Origin: Spirochaetota bacterium
GTDB lineage: Bacteria > Spirochaetota > UBA4802 > UBA5550
NCBI GenBank assembly: GCA_050298055.1
Contig: JBNKTL010000011.1
Coordinates: forward strand, 35,206 to 99,205
DNA length: 64,000 bases
Direction of reading: 5' to 3'
Position numbers and translations under genes: made by a program. Of this stretch, positions 1 to 9,932 are shown in pieces (the stretch's first letter is position 1; each line of letters begins with the position of its first letter). The notes under the pieces are model-generated. The model did not search any database and had not been told where the DNA came from. It was given only the letters and a program-made list of their open reading frames with translations.

Positions 1-87
1 AATATCATTACTCCCAGTATCGTCATGGAAGACGGTGTGAAATTCGAAGGAAACTGCACAATTAATAAGGGACAAAAGAAAAAATAG
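1..87 (+). CDS. Bactofilin/polymer-forming cytoskeletal protein, C-terminal fragment (5'-truncated by window)
   Basis: Frame 1 reads NIITPSIVMEDGVKFEGNCTINKGQKKK*, matching the bactofilin C-terminal 'I..P.I..E.G..F.G.C' pattern. Confidence 0.8.
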   Translation, partial: NIITPSIVMEDGVKFEGNCTINKGQKKK

Positions 88-97
88 AGGTACCCGG

Positions 98-541
98 ATG
101 ATTGAGCTACCCAGAACCGGCAGTAAAAGGGAAGAGAACAACAAGCTGAAAGTAAAAAAGAAGCCGGGAAGCGTAACATCAAAGGAAAAAACATTTTCCA
201 GCCAGCTTGAAAACAGTATCTCGTATGATTTCCGGGGATCTCTTGATGATCTTCTCGGCGACCTGGACAAACAGGAGAAGAGGTTCCTGGACCAGCAGTC
301 TCTCCGGGAGCTCTCCCGGTACAAGGCCCTCATAAGGAAAATCCTGAAAGCGCTCCTGGAAGAGGGTGTAGAGACGAAGGTCATGAAAAAAACGCGGAGA
401 AACTTTGCGGAATTAACAGTAAGGGAAATAGACAAAAAACTCCTTGAGCTTTCTACTGCCATCACCCGGAACAACAAGGCATTTAACCTCTTGAAAACCA
501 TTGAAGAGATCAGGGGACTGGTTCTGGATCTGGTCCACTGA
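98..541 (+). CDS. YaaR/DUF327 family protein
   Basis: 147 aa helical protein ending 'IEEIRGLVLDL'; directly upstream of holB as in the conserved yaaR-holB-yaaT block. Confidence 0.8.
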   Translation: MIELPRTGSKREENNKLKVKKKPGSVTSKEKTFSSQLENSISYDFRGSLDDLLGDLDKQEKRFLDQQSLRELSRYKALIRKILKALLEEGVETKVMKKTRRNFAELTVREIDKKLLELSTAITRNNKAFNLLKTIEEIRGLVLDLVH

Positions 542-553
542 TAAAGGAAAGGA

Positions 554-1525
554 ATGAACAGAGAGGGAATTATCGGACATAAAAAGCAGGTAAGCCTGCT
601 TGAAGTCATGCTGAACAACAATACTGTTCCCCAGGCCCTCCTTTTTCATGGGATAGAGGGTATCGGGAAACAGCTGGTTGCCAGGCGTTTCCTCAATGCA
701 CTCTTCTGCGGAAAGGAGAACGCGCCCTGCCTGAAGTGCGGGACCTGTCTCCAGTTCAATAAGGGTATTTACCCCGACATGGTGCAGCTAAACCCCGGAA
801 AAAACGGTACAATTCCCATCGGGAGCCCTGATAAAAAGGAAGAGGGGTCCGTGAGACGGCTTGTTGACATTCTTTCCCGGAAATCCACAAGCGGCAGGTA
901 CGGAGTCATAATAAACGGCATAGAGAGAGTTTCCCGGGAGGGGGTTATCGCACTTCTCAAGACAATAGAGGAGCCCCAGGAGGGAGCATGCATCATCCTG
1001 ATATCTGAAAACAGATCACAGGTCATTCCCACTATTCTCTCACGCTGTCTGGAATTTTCCTTTAGCGGCCTTTCGGATGACGACATTGATTCACTGCTCG
1101 GCCGGGAGGGTATTGACGGAAAGTTCAGTGAGCTGGCGGTGAAGATATCCGGGGGATCTGCCGGCCTGGCAACTCTTCTTACCCATGAAGAGATAATGGA
1201 GCCGGTCCTGGAGGTCTGTTCCGAAATCTCCTCCTGTGTAAATGGTCAAACCGGCAGGTTAAACCTTGATTTCAGCGGTCTCCTGAAAAAAATGGATACG
1301 TCACAGCTCCTGGGGATACTGCAGAATGTTTACAGGTATCTTTTTATATCACAGCTTAAAAACAGGGGAATAAGAAGGGAGCTGTCCCCTCTGAAGATCA
1401 CAGATCCGGATCTCTTAAAGAAAATTATTAAAATATTCCTTGCCCTCAGAGAGGGGTTGTCAAATAATCTGAACATAAGAAATTCAATGAAAGGAATGAT
1501 CTACTCCATGCAGGTAAGTCAGTAA
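554..1525 (+). CDS. holB: DNA polymerase III subunit delta'
   Basis: 'IIGH', degenerate P-loop 'LLFHGIEGIGK', Zn module 'C..PCLKCGTC', 'LLKTIEEP', 'PTILSRC'. Confidence 0.9.
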   Translation: MNREGIIGHKKQVSLLEVMLNNNTVPQALLFHGIEGIGKQLVARRFLNALFCGKENAPCLKCGTCLQFNKGIYPDMVQLNPGKNGTIPIGSPDKKEEGSVRRLVDILSRKSTSGRYGVIINGIERVSREGVIALLKTIEEPQEGACIILISENRSQVIPTILSRCLEFSFSGLSDDDIDSLLGREGIDGKFSELAVKISGGSAGLATLLTHEEIMEPVLEVCSEISSCVNGQTGRLNLDFSGLLKKMDTSQLLGILQNVYRYLFISQLKNRGIRRELSPLKITDPDLLKKIIKIFLALREGLSNNLNIRNSMKGMIYSMQVSQ

Positions 1526-1563
1526 GGATTAACTCATGGAAAGGAAAACAGTGTGTTAAAAAT

Positions 1564-2427
1564 ATGCAGATAGCTATGGTGAGACTCAGAAACAGTTACC
1601 AGATCTGCCATATAGACGGTAACAATATATTCATAAAACCCGATTCACTGGGCATTGTTGAAACGGAACACGGGGTGGATATTGGCAGGATAATCAAGGG
1701 CAAAAACGGCCTGAAAAAATCGGATGTTGAAATAAAAGGGAAGCTGCTCAGGAAACTGACCGACGAGGATTACAACAGTATTCCCGAAATTGAAGCAATC
1801 GAGGAGAAGGCGTATAATACCTGCAGGGAGAAGGCAAAGAACAGGGAGCTCAACATGAAGCTTATCTCTGTAAAGTGCCTCTTCGACAGGACCAAGATCG
1901 TCTTTTACTTTGTGGCCGATAACAGGATCGATTTTCGGGAACTTGTCAGGGAACTGGCCTCTATTTTCAGGACAAGGATTGAAATGAGACAGATCGGTGT
2001 CAGGGATGAAACCCGGCTGGTTGGCGGATTTGGCCAGTGCGGCCGCGAACACTGCTGCAGCCATCAGTGGGAAGACTTTGACCCGGTATCAATCAAAATG
2101 GCAAAGGAACAAAACCTGAACCTCAATTCACTGAAAATTTCAGGGATGTGCGGAAGACTCCTCTGCTGTCTCGGGTATGAGTACAATACGTACAGGGAGT
2201 TCAATACGCAGCTTCCCAAAACGGGAAGTGAGATTTTCGCGGATTCCCGGTCTTTCACTGTTGAGAACTACGATACGCTTTCCGAGACTTTCACAATCAG
2301 GGACGGGGACAGGATCATAAGGCTCTCCAAGTCTGAGATCCATAAACCTGGTGACAGGTACGTGATCAGGAAAGAACTCATTTCAAAAATATTCAGCGAG
2401 GATGATCCCGGCGAGGACACTCACTGA
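1564..2427 (+). CDS. PSP1-domain protein (YaaT/RicT family)
   Basis: 'RIDFRELVRELA', 'RIEMRQIGVRDE', 'GQCGREHCC', 'KISGMCGRLLCCL'. Confidence 0.93.
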   Translation: MQIAMVRLRNSYQICHIDGNNIFIKPDSLGIVETEHGVDIGRIIKGKNGLKKSDVEIKGKLLRKLTDEDYNSIPEIEAIEEKAYNTCREKAKNRELNMKLISVKCLFDRTKIVFYFVADNRIDFRELVRELASIFRTRIEMRQIGVRDETRLVGGFGQCGREHCCSHQWEDFDPVSIKMAKEQNLNLNSLKISGMCGRLLCCLGYEYNTYREFNTQLPKTGSEIFADSRSFTVENYDTLSETFTIRDGDRIIRLSKSEIHKPGDRYVIRKELISKIFSEDDPGEDTH

Positions 2428-2462
2428 CATCTTTAAGAGAAGACTTCAACGGATAGACAGAT

Positions 2463-4382
2463 ATGGAAAAAAGATACTATGTAACGACTCCTATATACTA
2501 TGTAAATGCAGAACCTCATATCGGGCACGCGTACACCACAATTCTCGCTGATTTTATAAACAGGTTTCACACAATGCTCGGGTTTGACTCCTATTTCCTC
2601 ACCGGCACCGATGAACACGGGGACAAGATATACACCGCGGCAAAGGAGGGTGGATCCACTCCCGAACAGTATACGGACAGAATAAGCGGCATATTCCGTA
2701 AAACATGGGATGAAATGGGGATCGGTTACAGCGACTTTATCAGGACAACCGAGGAGAGACACAGGAAGGTGGTGTCAATGATACTCCAGAAGGTCTATGA
2801 TAAGGGTGATATATACTTCGGAAGCTACAGCGGGCACTACTGCGTGGGATGCGAAAGGTTCTTCACGGAGAAAGAGATGGTTGACGGCAAGTGTCCCGAC
2901 CACAACAGGAAGCTTGACCTCATCGAAGAGAAGAACTACTTCTTTAAGATGAACAAGTACCAGGGGTGGCTTGTTGATTATATCGATAAAAATCCCGATT
3001 TTATCAGGCCCCAGAGATATAAAAACGAGGTGCTTTCGCTTCTCAAAGGTGAGGACCTGGAAGACCTCTGCATCTCACGGCCTAAATCGAGGCTCAGCTG
3101 GGGTATCCCCCTCCCTTTTGACGAAAACTATGTTACCTATGTCTGGTTTGACGCGCTGATCAATTATATCAGCGCCCTGGGGTATCCTGATGGGGAGAAG
3201 TTCAAAAAGTACTGGCCTGTTTCTCAGCATATCATTGCCAAGGACATTGTCAAACCCCACGGCGTCTTCTGGCCCACAATGCTCAAGGCGGCGGATATTG
3301 AACCCTACGGGAACCTGAATGTTCACGGGTACTGGATAATGGAAGATGCCAAGATGTCAAAGAGCCTGGGAAATGTTGTTACCCCCTCGGGCCTCATTGA
3401 GAAGTTCGGGAATGACCAGGTGAGGTACTTCTTTCTCAGGGAGATGACATTCGGCCTCGACTCAAAGTTCACCGAAGAGCTGCTGGTCCAGAGGATCAAC
3501 TATGACCTGGCCAATGACCTGGGCAACCTCATAAAGAGGACCTTCAATATGACCGAAAAGTTCAGGGAAGGGAAGGTCCCTCCCCTGGTGGAATCGGCCC
3601 CTTCCGGTAAGGCTGATATCATCTCCAGGCTGAAAACATCCGCGGAGAAATATATTGATTCTGTGAAGAAGTTCAATACAAGCGTGGGGATAGAATCAGT
3701 CTGGGAATTTATACGGTTCCTGAACAAGTATATTGATGAGAAAAAGCCGTGGCAGCTGGCAAAGAACGGGGACCATGATGAACTCTCATCGGTGTTGAGA
3801 AACCTCCTCGAGGCCATTTACACCGTCAGTGTGCTTCTGTCACCGGTCCTTGTGGAAAAATCTGAAACTGTCATCAGGGCCCTGGGCATGGAGGGGAAGA
3901 ACTGCGGTCTTGACGGTCTCCTCTCTCTCGCGAACCTCAATGAGGGGACGGCCCTGGAAGAGATCGGTGTTCTTTTCCCGCGAATTGAAACGGAAAAAAA
4001 GGATAATCCTGAAAAAAAGAAAGAGAACATGCCTGATAAAAAGAAAGATGACGGTCTTCTGGATATCAAAGATTTCTTCAGGGTTGACCTCCGGGTGGCA
4101 AAGGTCCTGAGTGCGGAACCTGTTGAGGGATCGGAGAAGCTGCTTGAACTCCGGGTTGACTCCGGGTCGGATGAAAGGACCGTTATTGCCGGTCTCGGGC
4201 AGGTTTATAAAGCGGAGTACCTGGTGGGGAAGAAGATCCTCCTCGTTGCCAACCTCAAGCCCGCGACAATTTTCAGGAAAAAATCATACGGGATGCTTCT
4301 TGCCGCAAAGAAAGAGAAGGACGACAGACCTGTCCTCGTCGAGGTGGATGATTCAATACCGGTTGGTTCGCGATTGAGCTGA
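2463..4382 (+). CDS. metG: Methionyl-tRNA synthetase with C-terminal tRNA-binding domain
   Basis: 'YVTTPIYYVN..PHIGH', 'GTDEHG', Zn knuckle CVGC/CPDH, 'YVWFDAL', KMSKS, C-terminal 'VDLRVAKV...VANLKP'. Confidence 0.98.
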   Translation: MEKRYYVTTPIYYVNAEPHIGHAYTTILADFINRFHTMLGFDSYFLTGTDEHGDKIYTAAKEGGSTPEQYTDRISGIFRKTWDEMGIGYSDFIRTTEERHRKVVSMILQKVYDKGDIYFGSYSGHYCVGCERFFTEKEMVDGKCPDHNRKLDLIEEKNYFFKMNKYQGWLVDYIDKNPDFIRPQRYKNEVLSLLKGEDLEDLCISRPKSRLSWGIPLPFDENYVTYVWFDALINYISALGYPDGEKFKKYWPVSQHIIAKDIVKPHGVFWPTMLKAADIEPYGNLNVHGYWIMEDAKMSKSLGNVVTPSGLIEKFGNDQVRYFFLREMTFGLDSKFTEELLVQRINYDLANDLGNLIKRTFNMTEKFREGKVPPLVESAPSGKADIISRLKTSAEKYIDSVKKFNTSVGIESVWEFIRFLNKYIDEKKPWQLAKNGDHDELSSVLRNLLEAIYTVSVLLSPVLVEKSETVIRALGMEGKNCGLDGLLSLANLNEGTALEEIGVLFPRIETEKKDNPEKKKENMPDKKKDDGLLDIKDFFRVDLRVAKVLSAEPVEGSEKLLELRVDSGSDERTVIAGLGQVYKAEYLVGKKILLVANLKPATIFRKKSYGMLLAAKKEKDDRPVLVEVDDSIPVGSRLS

Positions 4383-4424
4383 TAGGGGTCCGTATTTAAC
4401 CGGCTTTCTGTTTCGGAATTGATT

Positions 4425-4916
4425 ATGAAGATCGGTATAATTTCAGATACACATAATACCATTGAATTGACCCGGAAAGCGGTTGAGATATTCAGGGATA
4501 ACCATGTTGAACTCATCGTCCATGCGGGAGACCTCACATCGCCCAGGATGCTGGAGCTTTTCAGTGAATTTCCGTGTAAGATAGTCCTGGGAAACGGCGA
4601 CATAGATGTTGAGGAGATATGCAGCATGTGCCGGGACATGGGGTTTGGTTCTATCGGGGAGAGATCTGTTTTTGAGGCCGGCGGAAAGAGGATCATCGTT
4701 TTCCACGGGGACAACGTGGGAATGTTCAGGAAAGCGGTCCTTTCCGGTCAATACGATTATATCATCAAGGGCCACACTCACTTTTTTGAAAACTATGTAA
4801 CCAATAATACCCGGGTCATCAACCCGGGTTCACTTTACGGAAGCGACGAGTTTTCCGTAGCGATCCTCGATACGGATGAGGACAGCGTGACGAGGATAAA
4901 GGTGGATGGGGATTGA
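4425..4916 (+). CDS. YfcE-family metallophosphoesterase
   Basis: 'ISDTH', 'HAGD', 'GNGD', 'FHG', 'GHTH', 'NPGS' motifs. Confidence 0.92.
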   Translation: MKIGIISDTHNTIELTRKAVEIFRDNHVELIVHAGDLTSPRMLELFSEFPCKIVLGNGDIDVEEICSMCRDMGFGSIGERSVFEAGGKRIIVFHGDNVGMFRKAVLSGQYDYIIKGHTHFFENYVTNNTRVINPGSLYGSDEFSVAILDTDEDSVTRIKVDGD

Positions 4917-4937
4917 TAGTATCCTGCTAAATATTCT

Positions 4938-5444
4938 TTAAAACCTTAAAACCGGAATCATAACAATCATTGTCAGCCCCACAGCGGACCCTGCGGCACA
5001 GTGGTGCCATTTCTCCTCCTTATCGGGGATGGATGCCACCAGGACCATCCCCAGGGTGGCAAGGCCTCCCAGGAGCGCATGATAGCCGCTTCCCTCTCCC
5101 CATTCAACACTGTCACTGTGGGTATAAAGCCCGATCCCCGCGTTTACCAGGAAGAGTCCGGCGGCAGCACCTGTGAGCACTTCATGGCCTTCGGATTCCC
5201 CTTCTCTGTGTTTTGCCCAAGCGCCGGTCCCCACGGCAGCCAGGCCGGTAAGAAGAGCGGTATAGCCGATCCAGCGGTGCAGGGTGGGACCGGTTATGAA
5301 TGGTTTCTCTTCAACGGTGGTTTCTTCAGACTGGTAGAGGACCTGTCCCGGGTCGTGCCACTGCTGCAGGGACAGGTAAGACCATGCCGGCAGAGCGGAC
5401 AGAAAAAAACAGAATGAAAAGACAATTGATAGAAATTTATACAT
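4938..5444 (-). CDS. Hypothetical membrane protein: signal peptide plus about 4 His-bearing TM helices
   Basis: 168 aa ORF with hydrophobic segments each preceded by His (LHRWIG, GHEVL, YHALLG, WHHC). Confidence 0.65.
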   Translation of the reverse strand: MYKFLSIVFSFCFFLSALPAWSYLSLQQWHDPGQVLYQSEETTVEEKPFITGPTLHRWIGYTALLTGLAAVGTGAWAKHREGESEGHEVLTGAAAGLFLVNAGIGLYTHSDSVEWGEGSGYHALLGGLATLGMVLVASIPDKEEKWHHCAAGSAVGLTMIVMIPVLRF

Positions 5445-5518
5445 ATTTCCTCTCTGAAAAAACGTGTTACTGAACAGTTTTTCTGATAGAATATTTCAGA
5501 GAGAAAGAGAGTCAAGAG

Positions 5519-6388
5519 TTATTTCAGAAGCTCCAGTATCCTCTCAAAATCGTCCAGTGAGTAGTAGCTGATCTCAATGACCCCCCGCTTGCCGGAATGC
5601 TTGATCTCAACCTTTGTCCCCAGGAGTGATTTGAGCCTGTCTTCCATTTTCCTGATATGGGCTTCCTTCTGTTTCTTTTTGTTACCGGCGCTGTTCTTCT
5701 CCGTCTCAAGGTCGGCAATAATTTTTTCAAGTCCCCTCACGGAGTGCCCCTTCTCTAAAATCTCCTTATAGAGCTTTTTCTGCCCGGATGTCCCCGATAC
5801 GGAGAGGAGGAGTTTTGCGTGACCGGTGCTGATCTTTCCTTCGGAAAGTCCTTTTTGTATCTCGGGGGGAAGGTTCAGTAGTCTCAGGGAGTTCGCGATT
5901 GTGGCCCTCTCTTTTCCCACCCGTTCCGCGATGTCGCTCTGCTTCAGTTTAAACCTCCCCGCAAGGACCTTGTATGCCTTTGCCTCTTCCACGGGGTCCA
6001 GGGCGGACCGCTGAATGTTCTCAATAAGGGCCATGGTGAGGTTGCTTTCTTCATCGGCTTCAATGACTATTGTGCGTATGGTTCTCAGGCCAAGGGATTT
6101 GCATGCCCTGAGCCGTCTTTCGCCCGCGACAACGAAGTAGCCGGATGGATCTTTTCTTACGATAATGGGCTGTAAAAGCCCCACGGATTTTATGGACCCG
6201 GCAAGACCCCGGATCTCAGAATTATCGAAATGGGTCCTGGGCTGGTCCGGGTTCGGCTTGATCTTTTCTGTTTCAAGTTCGACGATCCTTTCGGTATGGA
6301 CATTTACCGCTGTTTCCATCTCATCGGCCGGTTTTGGAGAGGTGGATATGATGGCGCTCAGGCCTTTTCCCAGAACTTTTTTAGCCAT
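5519..6388 (-). CDS. parB: Chromosome partitioning protein ParB/Spo0J
   Basis: 'LGKGLSA', 'NPDQPR', 'LLQPI', 'AGERR', 'ALIENIQR', HTH 'QSDIAERVGKERATIAN'. Confidence 0.97.
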   Translation of the reverse strand: MAKKVLGKGLSAIISTSPKPADEMETAVNVHTERIVELETEKIKPNPDQPRTHFDNSEIRGLAGSIKSVGLLQPIIVRKDPSGYFVVAGERRLRACKSLGLRTIRTIVIEADEESNLTMALIENIQRSALDPVEEAKAYKVLAGRFKLKQSDIAERVGKERATIANSLRLLNLPPEIQKGLSEGKISTGHAKLLLSVSGTSGQKKLYKEILEKGHSVRGLEKIIADLETEKNSAGNKKKQKEAHIRKMEDRLKSLLGTKVEIKHSGKRGVIEISYYSLDDFERILELLK

Positions 6389-7142
6389 TCTTCATAACCT
6401 CCTCTGCAAGCTGTTCATAGCTGACGCTTCCGGCACTGGTCCTGTCATAGTGGCTGATGGGTTTACCGAAAGAGGGAGCCTCGGAAAGCCTGACGTTCCG
6501 GGGAATGATGGATTTGAATACCTTGTCCCTGAAATACTCCTTCACATCGGAAACAACCTGCTGTGAAAGGTTTGTCCGGGAATCGAACATTGTGAGGACA
6601 ACACCCTCGATTTTCAGACCCCTGTTGATCTTCTCCTGTACCATTGCGATGATTTTTAAAAGCTGGCTCAGGCCTTCAAGGGCATAGTACTCGCACTGAA
6701 GGGGGATGAGGACCGAATCTGCCGCCACAAGGCTGTTGAGGGTAAGGATACCCAGGGAGGGAGGGCAGTCAATAAAGATATAGTCAAAATCATCTTTAAT
6801 GGGTTCAAGCGTCTTTTTCAGGATATACTCCTTTCCCTCCCTGTCAAGGAGTTCAACCTGGGCCCCGGAGAGGTGAATGTTCGAGGGGATAAGGTAGAGG
6901 TCTTCAATATCGGTCTTGAAAATAACTTTATCAATGGGGATCTGTCCGATTAATACTTCGTAAATGGTTGTTTCGATCTCTTCGGCGTTTATGCCGATGC
7001 CGAAACCCGCGTTCCCCTGGGGGTCCACATCTATGATAAGTACCCTGTTTCCTTTCAGGGCAAGGTAGGAAGCAAGGTTTACGGTGGTAGTGGTTTTGCC
7101 GACTCCTCCCTTCTGGTTTGATACGGATATGATTCTGCCCAT
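6381..7142 (-). CDS. parA: ParA/Soj ATPase
   Basis: 'NQKGGVGKTTT', 'DPQGN', 'DCPPSLG', 'PLQCEYYALEG', 'IPRNVRLSEAPS'. Confidence 0.97.
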   Translation of the reverse strand: MGRIISVSNQKGGVGKTTTTVNLASYLALKGNRVLIIDVDPQGNAGFGIGINAEEIETTIYEVLIGQIPIDKVIFKTDIEDLYLIPSNIHLSGAQVELLDREGKEYILKKTLEPIKDDFDYIFIDCPPSLGILTLNSLVAADSVLIPLQCEYYALEGLSQLLKIIAMVQEKINRGLKIEGVVLTMFDSRTNLSQQVVSDVKEYFRDKVFKSIIPRNVRLSEAPSFGKPISHYDRTSAGSVSYEQLAEEVMKNG

Positions 7143-7180
7143 TTTTACTCCGTTGTTATGATTGGTTAAAACAATTAACC

Positions 7181-7319
7181 ATAACTATTCAGCTTTATGT
7201 ATAAAATCTGCTTATTTAATATAATTTTAACAATGTGTCCCCGCCGCCTTTGGCGGAGGGGACACATCCGTTTTATTTTGTTCATTAAAATGTCTTTTCT
7301 TGAACAGCTATAATTATAC
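7181..7319 (+). mobile_element. MITE family A, copy 1 (degenerate), central GC hairpin at 7233-7267
   Basis: Starts ATAACTATTCAGCT; contains ATGTGTCCCCGCCGCC-TTT-GGCGGAGGGGACACAT; aligns by eye to copies at 41845 and 51089. The right end is approximate. Confidence 0.7.
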
Positions 7320-7585
7320 AGAAAATTATTCCCCGTAAGCAGAACAGAATCCAGAAAACCTGTATGAATGCAACAACTTTTCAAGATTAATTGCCGGAAC
7401 CCGGCCGGGGAGTGTAAAAATTTACCGTTGAATAGAAATCGGTTCGAAAGGGGCTTTAATTTCTCATTATATATCTGGAAAACCCGGTTGTAAAGCCTTC
7501 TAATTAATTTCTTGACGTAATGATTGAGAGGATAATGCTGTGAGCATCATTTGTAAATGCTACGGGTACCGGAAGGGGTAGAGCT

Positions 7586-8074
7586 ATGTGGAAGAGAAAA
7601 AGCAGGATCCTTGACAGGCAGTTTCAGCTTAAGACGACATTTTCAATTATTGCAATAGCATTAATAGCATATCTTGTGGTCATTGCCACGGCGGTTATCA
7701 TTACAAGCTATAACAACAGGGCTATCCGTTCCGATATCCGGGTTTTAAATAAGAGTGTTTCCGGGACCGGTGTGGGACCGGAATTCACAGCCAGCATAGC
7801 AAACCTGGAGAAAAACATGGACAGAAATTTCCTCCTTATTTCTGTGATCATTGCTGTTGTTTTATTACAGGTTATTATCCTCTATATCTTCCTTATCCGT
7901 CTGACACACAGGATCTCGGGGCCCATCTATGTCATATCCCGGCATATTGAGGATATTATGAATGGCCGAAAGCCGGAACTCAGGGGGCTCCGTGATAATG
8001 ATGAACTGAAGGAATTTTATGAAAAGTTTGCCGGGATGATAGAGAAGGTCGACTTTTCAAAAAGCACCGAATAA
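7586..8074 (+). CDS. Two-TM membrane protein with C-terminal HAMP-like segment
   Basis: Two hydrophobic helices, then 'THRISGPI...LRDNDELKE'. Confidence 0.75.
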   Translation: MWKRKSRILDRQFQLKTTFSIIAIALIAYLVVIATAVIITSYNNRAIRSDIRVLNKSVSGTGVGPEFTASIANLEKNMDRNFLLISVIIAVVLLQVIILYIFLIRLTHRISGPIYVISRHIEDIMNGRKPELRGLRDNDELKEFYEKFAGMIEKVDFSKSTE

Positions 8075-8091
8075 ATTAAGTGAACAGATGG

Positions 8092-9300
8092 TCAATGGAT
8101 CATTTTCGGCCTTCCGGAATATTTTTTCCCTCCGAAGAGATAGATGAATGTAAAAATAACAGCAACAAGAAGAACAAGTAATGCTACAATTGCTGTTGTT
8201 TTATAATAGGGGAAGTACCTTTCCCCGCTTGCCGATATGAGAGAAAAAATCCCGTATCTTTTTTCTGATACCGGGTAGACCCTGGCATAGCATACGGAGC
8301 TTTCGGGACTTTCAATGTTAAAGGTGTAATCTTCCTTTACGGATTCTACCGAAAGCATGAGCGACATATCCCTGTCAAAAATATCAAGCTGGTAGTCACT
8401 GCCCTCTGTTGTAAAGGAGAGGGTGTTGTTCCCGGCTTTGAGGTTGAACCGGTATGTTCTCGATATCTCGCCGCCCATGAGTGAGTCGACTATCCTGCCG
8501 GTGACTTCCTGCTGGTATTTTGATGATTCATCATACTGCTTTTTCAGAAGATGGCTTCCCGCGATTCTGTAGATGTTAAATCTCCTGAAGCTGCTGAAAA
8601 CCGTGCTGTAGTAACTGGTGAAGAGGGCTTCACCCGCACCCCTTCTCATGATAAAACTTATAATCCCGTTTTTTTCACCCCTGGGTGTTTGAAAGCCTGC
8701 CGTTGAGAGGATATCCACATCATCCGCAGATTTAACGGCGACCCATCCCGGGTAGGTGATGTAGAGAGGAGATCTTTTGTCGAGACTGAAGCGGTAGAGA
8801 TCGTTTCGGTTTTCTGTGATGATCCTTCCCGGCATCCCCATGTAAGGGAAATTGTTAAAAAAAGAGATGAGATGATAGGCAAGCTGAAGATATTTGTATG
8901 AGTACCCGGAACAGTAAACGGAACCGCCATCCTCAATAAAAGTTTTTATGTTCCGTGATATCCTTTTCTCATCGGTCTTCAGAGCGTCCCTGCTCAGCTT
9001 TACAGATTTTATCCTTGTGCCTGTTGCAACCAGGTTAATTTTCTTATGAAGGGGGACTTCCACGCCGCTGGGAAGAAATATCGCCGTGTATTTCATAATA
9101 TTTTTGATATTCTGGAGCTCTTGAAGCCTGATTGTTTCATAGGGGACCCTGTAGTTTTTTAAAACCGTGTCAACACTGTCATAACTTCCTTTGACTACCG
9201 CAATTCTGCCGGAAGCTGATAGTTTGTTATGCACTGAAAAGATGTGGACCGATATGATAATCAGCGGGAGATAAAATATTTTTAATAATGACTTTTTCAT
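8092..9300 (-). CDS. Hypothetical exported protein with C-terminal membrane anchor
   Basis: 402 aa, N-terminal signal-like segment and C-terminal TM. 'IAVVKGSYD...FIEDGGSVY' resembles a GATase-like fold (weak). Confidence 0.7.
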   Translation of the reverse strand: MKKSLLKIFYLPLIIISVHIFSVHNKLSASGRIAVVKGSYDSVDTVLKNYRVPYETIRLQELQNIKNIMKYTAIFLPSGVEVPLHKKINLVATGTRIKSVKLSRDALKTDEKRISRNIKTFIEDGGSVYCSGYSYKYLQLAYHLISFFNNFPYMGMPGRIITENRNDLYRFSLDKRSPLYITYPGWVAVKSADDVDILSTAGFQTPRGEKNGIISFIMRRGAGEALFTSYYSTVFSSFRRFNIYRIAGSHLLKKQYDESSKYQQEVTGRIVDSLMGGEISRTYRFNLKAGNNTLSFTTEGSDYQLDIFDRDMSLMLSVESVKEDYTFNIESPESSVCYARVYPVSEKRYGIFSLISASGERYFPYYKTTAIVALLVLLVAVIFTFIYLFGGKKYSGRPKMIH

Positions 9301-9396
9301 AATGATAAAAACTGGATTATGGGTATCTCAAAAAAATAAATTTATCGTATATTTACAATAACAAATTTAATTTTCTTTCTTGTTATTGCAGGAATG

Positions 9397-9507
9397 CCCT
9401 CATCCCCTAACCCCCTTCAGTCGAGAGCTTATTGGACCTCCTGTCCGCTCTCAACACTGAGGCCTCCTGCCTGGAGTCCCGGTGATAAAAAGGAAGGGAG
9501 AAGGGGG
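9397..9507. repeat. REP-like palindrome (CCCTCATCCCCTAACCCCCTTC...GGGAGAAGGGGG) carrying an internal structured insert
   Basis: CCCCCTTC (9411-9418) pairs with GAAGGGGG (9500-9507); nested hairpins lie inside. Confidence 0.55.
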
Positions 9508-9548
9508 AATAAGAGAAAAACGGTGTTATACAAAAAACAAAAACTTTC

Positions 9549-9589
9549 TTGACGTAAAATGTACACATGAACATATGAGTAATTGATCA
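9549..9589 (+). promoter_or_regulatory. Promoter -35 (TTGACG) and SmtB/CzrA-type operator
   Basis: ATATGA-GTAATTGA-TCA gives the TGA-N8-TCA core (9576-9589) typical of SmtB/CzrA operators, just upstream of the ArsR gene. Confidence 0.6.
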
Positions 9590-9600
9590 CAGGTGTTGTC

Positions 9601-9906
9601 ATGAATAAAATTGATCATTCTTCTCAGAGCAGGCTTTTGTACCTGGCGGAGTTTTTTAAGGTTTTTGGTGACTCCACCAGGCTCAGGATAATCAGTCTCC
9701 TTGAAGAATCAGAGCTGTGTGTGAACGATATTGCGGAAAAACTTCAAATGAACCAGTCGGCAATTTCACATCAATTAAGAACACTCAAGCAGAACAGGCT
9801 GGTAAAACAGAGGAGAAAGGGAAAGGCCGTATTCTATTCCCTGGATGACAGCCATGTTGTGGATATATTCAGACAGGGTATAGAGCATATTTCAGAACAG
9901 GAATAA
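9601..9906 (+). CDS. ArsR/SmtB family metal-sensing repressor (alpha5 type)
   Basis: 'FKVFGDSTRLRI', 'ELCVNDIA', 'QSAISHQLRTL', alpha5 ligands 'DDSHV...EHISE'. Confidence 0.95.
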   Translation: MNKIDHSSQSRLLYLAEFFKVFGDSTRLRIISLLEESELCVNDIAEKLQMNQSAISHQLRTLKQNRLVKQRRKGKAVFYSLDDSHVVDIFRQGIEHISEQE

Positions 9907-9932
9907 TTTTTTCAGGGACCGGCAAAGACCAT

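Noticed and set aside
1..4382. yaaR-holB-yaaT-metG block as a novel system
   Set aside because: Widely conserved, known gene order.
5445..7585. parS sites or oriC near parAB
   Set aside because: No TGTTTCACGTGAAACA-like palindrome or DnaA-box cluster seen by eye, and no dnaA or gidAB nearby.
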